A stretch of DNA of 64,000 nt from Candidatus Kapaibacterium sp. (GTDB lineage Bacteria > Bacteroidota > Ignavibacteria > Kapaibacteriales > Kapaibacteriaceae): positions 914 to 64,913 of the forward strand of contig JBGAJM010000010.1 in the NCBI GenBank assembly GCA_044224925.1, written 5' to 3'. Below the pieces are notes generated by a model, which saw only the letters and a list, made by a program, of their open reading frames with translations, did no database searches and had not been told where the DNA came from. A program made the translations under genes and the position numbers. Numbering within the stretch: the stretch's first letter is position 1; each line of letters opens with the position of its first letter. Of the stretch, positions 49,253-57,911 are shown piece after piece.

Positions 49253-51628
49253 ATGAACAACAGACTCGCCTGCTTGATACTGCTGATCTCGTTCACCACC
49301 ATGCAGGCCCATGCTCAGCGCGCAAAAGATACGCAGGGTCCGTTGTACATTGAGAATCGTGGACAGTGGGAAGCTGATGCACGCTTTCTGCTACGCTCAT
49401 CAGGATTGGATGTGTGGATCTGTCAGGATCGGGTCGTGTACGACGTCGGTCGCTCCAACCTCGAGGATTCGACGACAAGTCACAGCATCGTAACCAGCCG
49501 ATTTGTAGGTGCCAACATCAGTGCTTCCGTCCGCGGTACCGTACGTATGAAGAGCACGCACGCCTACTACATTGGAGACGATCCGACCAAGTGGGCAACC
49601 GGAGTACCGCTGTATTCCGGTGTGGAGATCAAGGACCTGTATGACGGTATCGACCTCGCCTTCTATGTTGATGCGGGCAGACCTCGTTATGATATTGTTG
49701 TTGCTCCGCATGCAGATCCGACGCAGTACACCATGCGCCTCGAGGGAGTGAACGATGTGCGACTTGATGAGAAGGGATCGCTCATTGTCATTACTCCTTC
49801 CGGTGAGCTTCGCGTTCAAGAGCTGTTCGCCTATCAGATGCGCAATGAGACGCATGAGTACGTGCCCTGTTCGTTTGTTCGAAATGACGATGGCACCATC
49901 CGATTTGCAGTGGGCGACTACGATCCATCGCTTCCCTTGGTGATCGATCCGATCACTGTCTCGTACTGCACATTCCTAGGTGGTAACGACAACGATGGAA
50001 GCAGTGGGATCGCCGTCAGTAGTGATGGCGACGTGTACATTACAGGTCGAACGCCATCGGCTGATTTCCCCACCGGGAAGGAAGGGTTGCCGGCGCAGGG
50101 CGGCAAGACGATCTATGTATCGAAGTTGAAGCAGGTGAACGGGTCCCCGGTGGATCTTGAATACACCGTCTTCATTGGAGGATCCGGCATTGAGAACGCG
50201 AGTGGGATCGCCATCGATGGTAGCAGGAACATTTACATAACAGGGGAAACGTTTTCAAAGAACTTCCCACTGCTCCATGCATATCAAACGGATCAACCCG
50301 GTACGGATGCTTTCGTTGTCAAGTTCTCAGAGGATAACAGCGGCGCCGTATCCCTTGCTTTTTCCACGTACGTGGGTGGAAGTGCGGCCGATCAACCGTT
50401 GTGCATCACCGTTGATGCCAATCGCAACGTTTTCATTGCCGGATCTACGGTCTCAACGGACTTCCCGACAAAGAATGAGTATCAGAAGGATCAGACCGGT
50501 GACGATGCATTTGTGGCCAAACTCTCGCAGACCGGAAACGATCCGGTCGTGTTGGAGTTTGCAACCTATATTGGAGGCAGTGGAAGAGAAACCATATCGG
50601 ATATTGCCGTTGATAGTTTCGGCAACATGTACATTGCTGGATCGGTAGAGTCGACGGACTTCCCGACCGTGAATCAGTATCAGACCGATCAACCACAGGC
50701 TGACGGATTTGTCGCCAAGATCACACAGCAAGGTAGCACTCCCGCAACGCTTGCGTTCTCTACCTATCTGGGTGGCGATGATATCGAGGCCATCTCTGAT
50801 GTTCTTGTTGACGCCAATGCCAACATCTTCATTGCGGGTCGTACACGTTCATCGAATTTCCCTTCCAAGCTCCCATTGCAGCCAAGCGGTGGAGATTTCG
50901 ACGTCTTCGTCACAAAGCTACGGCAGTCTGGTGGCCCTGTTGAGATCGTGTTCTCGACATTCTTGGGCGGGAATGGAGCGGAGGGTATTGGTGGAATGAC
51001 AATGGATGCTGATGGGAACATGTACATCGCCGGGTCAACACCGTCTCCCGACTTTCCAATACTGCACCAGTTTCAAAACGACCAACCGCAGTCGGACGTC
51101 TACATCGCGAAGCTCTCTCAATCCGGTCAAAGCCCTGTCACCCTCGTATACTCCACCTATCTTGGTGGTGACACGCTAGAATCGGCGGGTGGTATTGCGA
51201 TCGACCAGGCTGGCAATGCCTATGTCTCCGGCTTTACGGCGTCTAGCAATTTCCCGTCGGTTAATGCTTTCCAGACCAAGTCTCCGAAAGGAGATGTTTT
51301 TGTTGCAAAGATCGATGCCTTCGGTCAAGGAACGACCTCTGTACAGGAAGAAACAACAACATCACTGCCCTTGATCAACGCAGCCACGCCGAATCCGACG
51401 AGCGACAACCTCTCGATACACTTCGCCCTGCCGACGGCCGGGATCATGAGCATGCGAGTGTTCAACGCTAAAGGACAGCTTGTTCTCTCGCCAATCGCTG
51501 AGGAGTTTCGCCCAATGGGCATGCACCATCAGACCATTGACGTCAGCATGCTTCCGAGTGGTGTGTACTCTCTCCGGTTGATCACAGCGAGTGATGTGGC
51601 TACACAACAGATCGTCATCCTTCGGTAG
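49253..51628 (+). CDS. SBBP beta-propeller repeat protein with T9SS C-terminal sorting domain
   Basis: Start MNNRLACLILLISFTTMQAHAQ. Repeat unit [YF][IV][AST]G.T.S.[DN]FP[TSL] occurs 7 or more times (YITGRTPSADFPT, YIAGSTPSPDFPI...). C-terminal Por domain LSIHFALPTAGIMSMRVFNAKGQLV...LITASDVATQQIVILR. Confidence 0.75.
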   Translation: MNNRLACLILLISFTTMQAHAQRAKDTQGPLYIENRGQWEADARFLLRSSGLDVWICQDRVVYDVGRSNLEDSTTSHSIVTSRFVGANISASVRGTVRMKSTHAYYIGDDPTKWATGVPLYSGVEIKDLYDGIDLAFYVDAGRPRYDIVVAPHADPTQYTMRLEGVNDVRLDEKGSLIVITPSGELRVQELFAYQMRNETHEYVPCSFVRNDDGTIRFAVGDYDPSLPLVIDPITVSYCTFLGGNDNDGSSGIAVSSDGDVYITGRTPSADFPTGKEGLPAQGGKTIYVSKLKQVNGSPVDLEYTVFIGGSGIENASGIAIDGSRNIYITGETFSKNFPLLHAYQTDQPGTDAFVVKFSEDNSGAVSLAFSTYVGGSAADQPLCITVDANRNVFIAGSTVSTDFPTKNEYQKDQTGDDAFVAKLSQTGNDPVVLEFATYIGGSGRETISDIAVDSFGNMYIAGSVESTDFPTVNQYQTDQPQADGFVAKITQQGSTPATLAFSTYLGGDDIEAISDVLVDANANIFIAGRTRSSNFPSKLPLQPSGGDFDVFVTKLRQSGGPVEIVFSTFLGGNGAEGIGGMTMDADGNMYIAGSTPSPDFPILHQFQNDQPQSDVYIAKLSQSGQSPVTLVYSTYLGGDTLESAGGIAIDQAGNAYVSGFTASSNFPSVNAFQTKSPKGDVFVAKIDAFGQGTTSVQEETTTSLPLINAATPNPTSDNLSIHFALPTAGIMSMRVFNAKGQLVLSPIAEEFRPMGMHHQTIDVSMLPSGVYSLRLITASDVATQQIVILR

Positions 51629-51842
51629 TCACATTCACCCATTGAAACACCTCATTGAGCGTTACCCCGAAAACATCGGCAATGCGAAATGCCGTTTCGA
51701 GTGACGGAGAGTACTTGCCTCCTTCAATGGCTGCTATTGTCTGGCGGGTGAGACCTACACGCTCACCGAGATCGGACTGAGACATTTCGTCGTGCTCGAA
51801 ACGCAGTCGGCGGATACAGTTGGTGACCTTGACATCGCTCAT
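51615..51842 (-). CDS. XRE-family (Cro/CI-type) HTH transcriptional regulator
   Basis: 75 aa; LSQSDLGERVGLTRQTIAAIEGGKYSPSLETAFRIADVFGV is a canonical HTH_XRE. Confidence 0.8.
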   Translation of the reverse strand: MSDVKVTNCIRRLRFEHDEMSQSDLGERVGLTRQTIAAIEGGKYSPSLETAFRIADVFGVTLNEVFQWVNVTTEG

Positions 51843-52303
51843 GACCGCTGCTTGTAGTAGTTCCGAACGATGATGGTGTCTCGTACGAGTTCAGAGATGA
51901 ACACGACACAGATGGCATCGTTGACAATGGACCAGCCGTGTTCAATGAATGGCTTGTAGATGCCAACGATGATCATGCCGGTGAGGAGAACAATGTAGCC
52001 GAACCGATAGGACTGTCGCTCGATCATGCTGTCGCGCTCATCCGGGGGTGCCTTGGCTTCGATCGGATACCGCAACCGCAATACGAGATAGCCAAGTCCC
52101 ACGAGCACCGCAAAGGACGACGAAGCGATGCCGTAGATCCACAGCTGCGAGAATCCTGGCATTTGGATCTCAACACCTTGTTGAAATCCGTACACGTAGA
52201 TCAGGTACGGTCCGAGTGATACAACCATGGAAAGCAGCATCATCCATGCAATTCGTTCTCGATAGGCCATTGTTGCCTCCAATACAGATGTTAAGTTTAC
52301 CAT
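51839..52303 (-). CDS. small multi-TM membrane protein (DUF2178-like partner of the XRE regulator)
   Basis: 154 aa with 3-4 hydrophobic helices. Its stop overlaps the HTH gene start by 4 nt, the usual DUF2178/XRE arrangement. Confidence 0.5.
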   Translation of the reverse strand: MVNLTSVLEATMAYRERIAWMMLLSMVVSLGPYLIYVYGFQQGVEIQMPGFSQLWIYGIASSSFAVLVGLGYLVLRLRYPIEAKAPPDERDSMIERQSYRFGYIVLLTGMIIVGIYKPFIEHGWSIVNDAICVVFISELVRDTIIVRNYYKQRS

Positions 52304-52345
52304 ACAATATGCATAAAATACTTAACATACGATCAAGACGACCGC

Positions 52346-54439
52346 TCATGTCGTATCTGCTGAGGTCAACCAGTACGTCCGCATTGGGCCTTTGCCTTTG
52401 ATGTCGACAGACCCCCTTGGGGTAGTGACAAGTGACGAAGACACTTCGTGCGACACTTTGTTCGACACGGAGTGCGACACCGAGTGCGACAATTCGTGAG
52501 ACACGTTGTGCGACACCGAGTGCGACACGTTGTGCGACACGGAGTGCGACACGTTGTGCGACACAGAGTGGGATTGTGGATTCTCTGATTCAGAGATTGA
52601 ATTCTGTATTGTGTATTCTGTATTGCTCTTCAGATTCAAAGCAAACGCCTCGGACACATGCACCCTTCCGGCCTCTCCCGTACTCTCCATCCGTGACGCC
52701 ACGTTGACGGTATCTCCCCACACATCGTATTGCAACCGCTGCGTTCCGATCACGCCGGCCGTCACTGGTCCACAATGCACGCCAATTCGGAAGAGCACTT
52801 CGTGCGACACGGAGTGCGACACGTTGTGCGACACTTCGTGGGACACGGAGTGCGACACTTCGTGGGTAATGCGAACGCGCGACATGTCCAAGGCACAGAG
52901 CGCCGCATTCATGGCGCCGTCGAACGAGACGCACATATAGCTGTCGCCAATGGTCTTGATCTTCGTGACGTTGTGTTGCTCACAGATCGCATCGAACGAC
53001 GTGAAGATCTGCTCGAGGAGCTGCACCACATCGCTGGGCGCCATGCGATCGCTCATTCGGGTAAACCCAACGATGTCGACGAAGATCACCGACGCATTCT
53101 CGTAGTGATCGCCACTGACCTTCTCTCCGCGGATCATGCGGTCGGCCACATGCTTCGGCAGTGCGCCATAGAGCAAGGCGCGTTCCTTCTCACGCTCACG
53201 TCGCTCCCCTTCCACCTTTCGCTCCGCCTCCATCATGGTCATACGTTGCGTGGTCTCTTTGCCACGAACTTCTTCGGTGATGCGCGTGAACTCGTTGTTG
53301 TGTTCGATGTAGGCGGTGAAGTCGTTGCGCTTCTGTGCAAGGTTCCGAAGTCGTTCATGACACAACGCTTCATCCGCCTTGATGCCCGTCTCGGAAGCAA
53401 GGCTGAGTGCCTGTTGCAAGGCGGCAAGGGCAGCATCAAGGTCACCACGTCGTTCGGCTAGAGTGGCACGATTGGCAAGATGGATCACACGCGTTTCAGG
53501 GTCATCCATGAGCATCGTTGCTTGCTCATCAAGAAGCGTTCCAGCCTCCTCATCACGACCAAGCTCGAGCAATGCAAGAACAATGTTCCCGGTCACGGTG
53601 CTCACGCCGGCGCGATCGCCGATCTGCTGATGCAGGTCGCGTGCCCGCCGATGTAGCGCGAGCGCCTCTTCGTACTCGTGCATCATGGCATGAACGAGGC
53701 CCATGTTGGACGTGATGCGCGCTGCATGGGCAATGTCGGCATGCGCTTCGTGCATTGCGAGCGCTCGACGATAGTGGTCAAGCGCCTGATCGTGATCGCC
53801 CGTGCTGTGATAGATGTTGCCAATGTTGCCGGTGACGATAGCGATGCCGCGACGGTTGTCATCCTCTTCATGGATGGCGAGGGCACGACGCAGTAAGGCA
53901 AGTGCTTCCGGATAGTTTCCCGTGCTCCAGTACACGTTTCCTAGATTACTTGCAACGCGCGCCGTGTTAGCGCGATCGCCGAGATCGTCGTGCATCTCAA
54001 GGGATCGATGCAGTTGTTGCATGGCCCGTGGGAAATCGCCCATGCTATCGTGGACCAAGCCGATGTTGCCGGTGACAACAGCAATACCATCGCGATCGCC
54101 GAGTTCCTCGTAGGTGGCAAGGGCACGATGCAGATGTTCCAAGGCCTCGGCATACTGTCCCATACTTGCATGCATGCTCCCAAGCGCTGAGCACGTGCGT
54201 GCGATGGAGCGCCGATCTCCGAGCTCTGAGAACAAGGCCAGAGCCCGACCATGGTGTTGGAGGGAGGCAGGGTAGTCGTGCGTGAAGGAGCAGGCCATGC
54301 CAAGAGCGCGCGCCGCCTGCGCTTCGGCCTCGCGTGTATCGTGCGTCTGCAGTTCCGCGGCCAACGTCGACAAGACAACGGCATCTCTCTTCGCGACAGC
54401 TGCTTCGACGTCGGTGAGGATGTCGGCCAGCGCTCTCAT
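52346..54439 (-). CDS. TPR-repeat + class III adenylyl cyclase protein (paralog P7) with the longest (SH[SNE][VL])n inserts
   Basis: Start moved to MRALADILTDVEAAV (54439) to remove a spurious N-terminal extension. Insert 1 is THEVSHSVSHEVSHNVSHSVSHEV. Insert 2 is about 13 units, QSHSVSHNVSHSVSHNVSHSVSHNVSHELSHSVSHSVSNKVSHEVSSS. Confidence 0.8.
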   Translation of the reverse strand: MRALADILTDVEAAVAKRDAVVLSTLAAELQTHDTREAEAQAARALGMACSFTHDYPASLQHHGRALALFSELGDRRSIARTCSALGSMHASMGQYAEALEHLHRALATYEELGDRDGIAVVTGNIGLVHDSMGDFPRAMQQLHRSLEMHDDLGDRANTARVASNLGNVYWSTGNYPEALALLRRALAIHEEDDNRRGIAIVTGNIGNIYHSTGDHDQALDHYRRALAMHEAHADIAHAARITSNMGLVHAMMHEYEEALALHRRARDLHQQIGDRAGVSTVTGNIVLALLELGRDEEAGTLLDEQATMLMDDPETRVIHLANRATLAERRGDLDAALAALQQALSLASETGIKADEALCHERLRNLAQKRNDFTAYIEHNNEFTRITEEVRGKETTQRMTMMEAERKVEGERREREKERALLYGALPKHVADRMIRGEKVSGDHYENASVIFVDIVGFTRMSDRMAPSDVVQLLEQIFTSFDAICEQHNVTKIKTIGDSYMCVSFDGAMNAALCALDMSRVRITHEVSHSVSHEVSHNVSHSVSHEVLFRIGVHCGPVTAGVIGTQRLQYDVWGDTVNVASRMESTGEAGRVHVSEAFALNLKSNTEYTIQNSISESENPQSHSVSHNVSHSVSHNVSHSVSHNVSHELSHSVSHSVSNKVSHEVSSSLVTTPRGSVDIKGKGPMRTYWLTSADTT

Positions 54440-56556
54440 CTTTCTTCCAGCCAATAGGTATTCATGGGGCCTTTGCCCTTTATGTCGATCAAACCGCGGA
54501 GTTGAGTTACTAGTGACAAGTGACGAGTGACGAGTGGCACTGCGTGCGACACCGAGTGCGACACGGAGTGCGACACGGAGTGCGACACGGTGTGGGATTC
54601 TGGATTGCCGGATTCGGTGATTGGATTCTGTATTGTGTATTCTGTATTGCTCTTCAGATTCAACGCAAACGCTTCGGAGACATGCACCCGCCCTGGCTCC
54701 CCAGTGGACTCCATTCGTGAGGCGACGTTCACCGTATCTCCCCACACATCGTATTGCAATCGTTGCGTTCCGATCACGCCGGCAGTAACAGGCCCACAAT
54801 GCACGCCAATTCTGTATTGCAGCATTCTAGGATTGGATTCTGTATTCTGTATTGTGTATTGTATTCGATTCATCTCCAAGGCGCAGAGTGCTGCGTTTGT
54901 GATGCTGTCGAACGACACGGCCATATAGCTGTCGCCAATTGTCTTGATCTTCGTGACGTGATGCTGTTTGCAGATCGCATCGCATTGCGTGAAGACGTCG
55001 TCGAGGAGTTCGATCACTTCCTGCGACGTCATCGACGACGAGAGATCCGTGAAGCCAACGATATCCAAGAAGATCACGGCTGCATTCTCATAGTGATCGT
55101 TCACCACCTCGCCCCGTGCCACCCTTTCGGCCACCTCTTTGGGAAGGGTGGAATGGAGCACGGCGAGCTGTTTCTCGTGTTGCCGTTCGCGTGCATCGAT
55201 CTCGCGTTGCTTCGCCTGCATTGCGAGCTTCGTGGCGGTCTCCTTCCCGGTGGTCTCTTCCATGATACGCGCATACTCCGTGTTATGCGTTACATAGGCG
55301 GCAAGGTCCTGCCGCGCGAGAGCGAGTTCGCGGAGACGTCGATGAATTTCGATCTGCAGCTCGGGCAAGTGTATGCGCTGGGTGATCTCGAGAGCAGAGT
55401 GGAGCGTCTGTTGCGCCTCATCAATTCGACCGTAGTGTTCATGGAGCGAGGCACGACACAGCTCGATGCTCACCACAACCATGGGACTGTCGGTCTGTGC
55501 TGCATCCAGCGTTGCCAGCAGCATCTCCGCTTCAGAGATCTCGCCGACATGTATCAATACCTCGAGGATGTGACCCTGTAGTCGGAGCACGGCCTCATGT
55601 TCGCCGTGGCGTTGCTTCAGATCCAAGGCTCGACGGAAATGATCGAGTGCTTTTTCTGTTTCGTCTTTCTTTTTGAGTACGATGCCGATATTGGCAAGGA
55701 GCGACGATAGAACGTAGTCGTTCCGTGCGACATGCTCCATTGCCATCACGCGTTCGTAGTGACTGAGAGCCTGGTCATAGTTTCCGGCGGCATTATACAC
55801 GTTCCCGATGTTTGCCAATATTCGGGCAATGCCATCAAGATCGTTCAAAGCCTCATAGATGGCCAACGCGCGATGATAGTGTTCAAGCCCCGTCGGATAG
55901 TCCGCCGTGTGGTAGCAGATGATGCCGATGTTGTTATGGATACCGGCGACACTTCTCGTCATACCGAGGCGATCCGACAGTGCGAGCAGTCGATGGCATG
56001 TCTCCAGTGCATCGGCATACTGACTCGTCGCAATGTAGATGCCTGCGATATTCCCAAGGACAAGGGCAATGCCGTTGTGGTCTTCAGCGCGAGTGAACAG
56101 CTCAAGCGCCTTGTGATGATACTCAAGTGCTTCGCTCGTGGCTCCACAGTTGCTCTTGACGTAGCCGATGCTATTCAAGGTGTGCGCCGTCCCGTTCACA
56201 TCGTCGACGAGTTTAAATTGCTGTAGAGCATCGCTGTAGAGGGCGAGTGCACGCTCATGATCTCCTTGCTCGGAGTGGACCAGGGCGATGTTGCTTATGA
56301 CACTTGCCGTGCCGACAGCATCTCCGAGCTCTTGGTAACGGTCCAAGGAGGCATGAAACAGGTCGAGGGCACGCTCCGCGTAGCCTTGACGATACATATC
56401 CAGGCCGCGCAAGCGCCCGGCAAGCGCCTGTGCCTCGAGCGTTCCGATCTCGTCCAGTTCAACCGCATATTGCTCGAACTTCTCAGCATTCCGAATGCTG
56501 ATGTCGCGCTCGACGTCGGTCTGAATGTCGGCAAATGTTCGTTGTTGCTGTGTCAC
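54436..56556 (-). CDS. TPR-repeat + class III adenylyl cyclase protein (paralog P8, subfamily A)
   Basis: Its stop overlaps the P7 start (ATGA). Insert site 1 carries the other module type (IQYTIQNTESNPRMLQYRIGVHCGP). Site 2 is ESHTVSHSVSHSVSHSVSHAVPLVTRHLSLVTQLRG. Confidence 0.8.
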   Translation of the reverse strand: MTQQQRTFADIQTDVERDISIRNAEKFEQYAVELDEIGTLEAQALAGRLRGLDMYRQGYAERALDLFHASLDRYQELGDAVGTASVISNIALVHSEQGDHERALALYSDALQQFKLVDDVNGTAHTLNSIGYVKSNCGATSEALEYHHKALELFTRAEDHNGIALVLGNIAGIYIATSQYADALETCHRLLALSDRLGMTRSVAGIHNNIGIICYHTADYPTGLEHYHRALAIYEALNDLDGIARILANIGNVYNAAGNYDQALSHYERVMAMEHVARNDYVLSSLLANIGIVLKKKDETEKALDHFRRALDLKQRHGEHEAVLRLQGHILEVLIHVGEISEAEMLLATLDAAQTDSPMVVVSIELCRASLHEHYGRIDEAQQTLHSALEITQRIHLPELQIEIHRRLRELALARQDLAAYVTHNTEYARIMEETTGKETATKLAMQAKQREIDARERQHEKQLAVLHSTLPKEVAERVARGEVVNDHYENAAVIFLDIVGFTDLSSSMTSQEVIELLDDVFTQCDAICKQHHVTKIKTIGDSYMAVSFDSITNAALCALEMNRIQYTIQNTESNPRMLQYRIGVHCGPVTAGVIGTQRLQYDVWGDTVNVASRMESTGEPGRVHVSEAFALNLKSNTEYTIQNPITESGNPESHTVSHSVSHSVSHSVSHAVPLVTRHLSLVTQLRGLIDIKGKGPMNTYWLEER

Positions 56557-56639
56557 GGCTCAATTTGGTCACTTTTCCGCAAATGAATCTCATTCCTCCT
56601 CTCTGCGTACATCGCGCCCGCTCAGAATTTTCTGCCACC

Positions 56640-56770
56640 CACTCGTCACTCGTCACTTGTCACTCCTCACGCTCCTCATCACTTGTCACTTGTCACTCGT
56701 CACTTGTCACTCTACTCGTCACATGTCACTCGTCACTTGTCACTTGTCACTCGTCACTTGTAACTCTCTC
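56640..56770. repeat. tandem array of about 14 copies of the 9-mer TCACTCGTC / TCACTTGTC in the divergent promoter region between P8 and the serine hydrolase gene
   Basis: cactcgtcactcgtcacttgtcactcctcacgctcctcatcacttgtcacttgtcactcgtcacttgtcactctactcgtcacatgtcactcgtcacttgtcacttgtcactcgtcacttgtaactc. Confidence 0.9.
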
Positions 56771-56827
56771 GCCCAGCATGTGCGCACCGCCCACGCTGAT
56801 GCTGATCTTGGATTCCAGTTCACCGTC

Positions 56828-57823
56828 ATGGACACAACGGGGGCGTTCGAGAACGTGAACCTCGGCCTGGCCGACGTGGCCGGCAACGTGCCGGTGACGG
56901 ATTCGACGGTCTTCATGTCGTATTCGATGACGAAGGTGATCACCGCCATCGCCGCTCTGCAACTTGCGCAAGAGGGTCTGCTCGACCTCGATGCCGATGC
57001 GCATCGGTACCTTCCATGGCTCCCCTATGCACAGCCCATCTCCACCCGACAGCTTCTCGCGCACACGGCCGGCATCCCCAATGCCATTCCATTACGATGG
57101 GTGCATCTGCCCGAGGCGCATGGGACGTTCAAAGAAGACTCGGCTCTGCGGGCCGTGCTGGCGGATAATGCCGACCTGACGTCGACGCCCGGTACGCGCT
57201 ATCGCTATAGCAACATCGACTACTGGATCGTGGGTGCCATCATCGAACACATCACCGGCCGATCGTATGAAGCGGTCGTTCGCGACAAGATCTTCCGGCC
57301 CCTTGGCCTCACCCACTCCGGCTTCTACATCCCTTCCGCCCTCCCCCTTGCAAAGGGCTATCTGCGTCGGTGGACGTGGATGAACCTCTTCAAATGGTTG
57401 GTCACCGATAGCGAGTACTGGGGCGAGTATGAAGACGGCAAGCTCAACATCGTTCCGCACTACGTGAACGGTCCGGCCTATGGCGGCCTCTACTCGACCA
57501 GTCACGACCTCGCCCTGATCTGCGCCGATCTCCTGCGCACAAACAGCATCCTCCTCAACGCCGCATCACGCGCCACGCTCTTCACCGCAGCCACCCTGAC
57601 CAACGGAAGCACGACCGACATGACGCCCGGCCTGCACATCGTCCCCCATCCCTCCCTTCGCATTTTCATGAAGGAAGGCGGCGGGGCGGGATTCCACAAT
57701 GAACTCCGCCTCTATCCCGACCTCGGCATGGTAGCCGTGCTGCAGACGAACGATGCGACGTTCGATGTGAAGAAGGTCTATGAAGAAATGGAAGAGAGAT
57801 CAATGATCAAGGATCAAGAATGA
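56828..57823 (+). CDS. serine hydrolase (beta-lactamase/transpeptidase-like fold)
   Basis: SxxK motif in FMSYSMTKVITAIAAL; start set at MDTTGAFENV (56828). The ORF-track N-terminal extension is translation of the 9-mer array (LVTRHLSLLTLLITCHLSLVTCHS). Confidence 0.6.
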   Translation: MDTTGAFENVNLGLADVAGNVPVTDSTVFMSYSMTKVITAIAALQLAQEGLLDLDADAHRYLPWLPYAQPISTRQLLAHTAGIPNAIPLRWVHLPEAHGTFKEDSALRAVLADNADLTSTPGTRYRYSNIDYWIVGAIIEHITGRSYEAVVRDKIFRPLGLTHSGFYIPSALPLAKGYLRRWTWMNLFKWLVTDSEYWGEYEDGKLNIVPHYVNGPAYGGLYSTSHDLALICADLLRTNSILLNAASRATLFTAATLTNGSTTDMTPGLHIVPHPSLRIFMKEGGGAGFHNELRLYPDLGMVAVLQTNDATFDVKKVYEEMEERSMIKDQE

Positions 57824-57911
57824 CGGAGGGTGGTGCAGAATTCGTTCCGAATTCTGTATTCTTGATGCTTGATGCTTGCGACATCCTCCCATTTTCTTCC
57901 CTTGCTATTCT

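Noticed and set aside
49400-49855. 151-aa minus-strand ORF
   Set aside because: Antisense within the SBBP beta-propeller gene.
30215-56556. Pycsar-like (cCMP/cUMP) antiphage cyclases
   Set aside because: The catalytic domains retain adenine-specifying Lys/Asp, are fused to TPR arrays and have no adjacent cNMP-binding effector. They look like signalling adenylyl cyclases.
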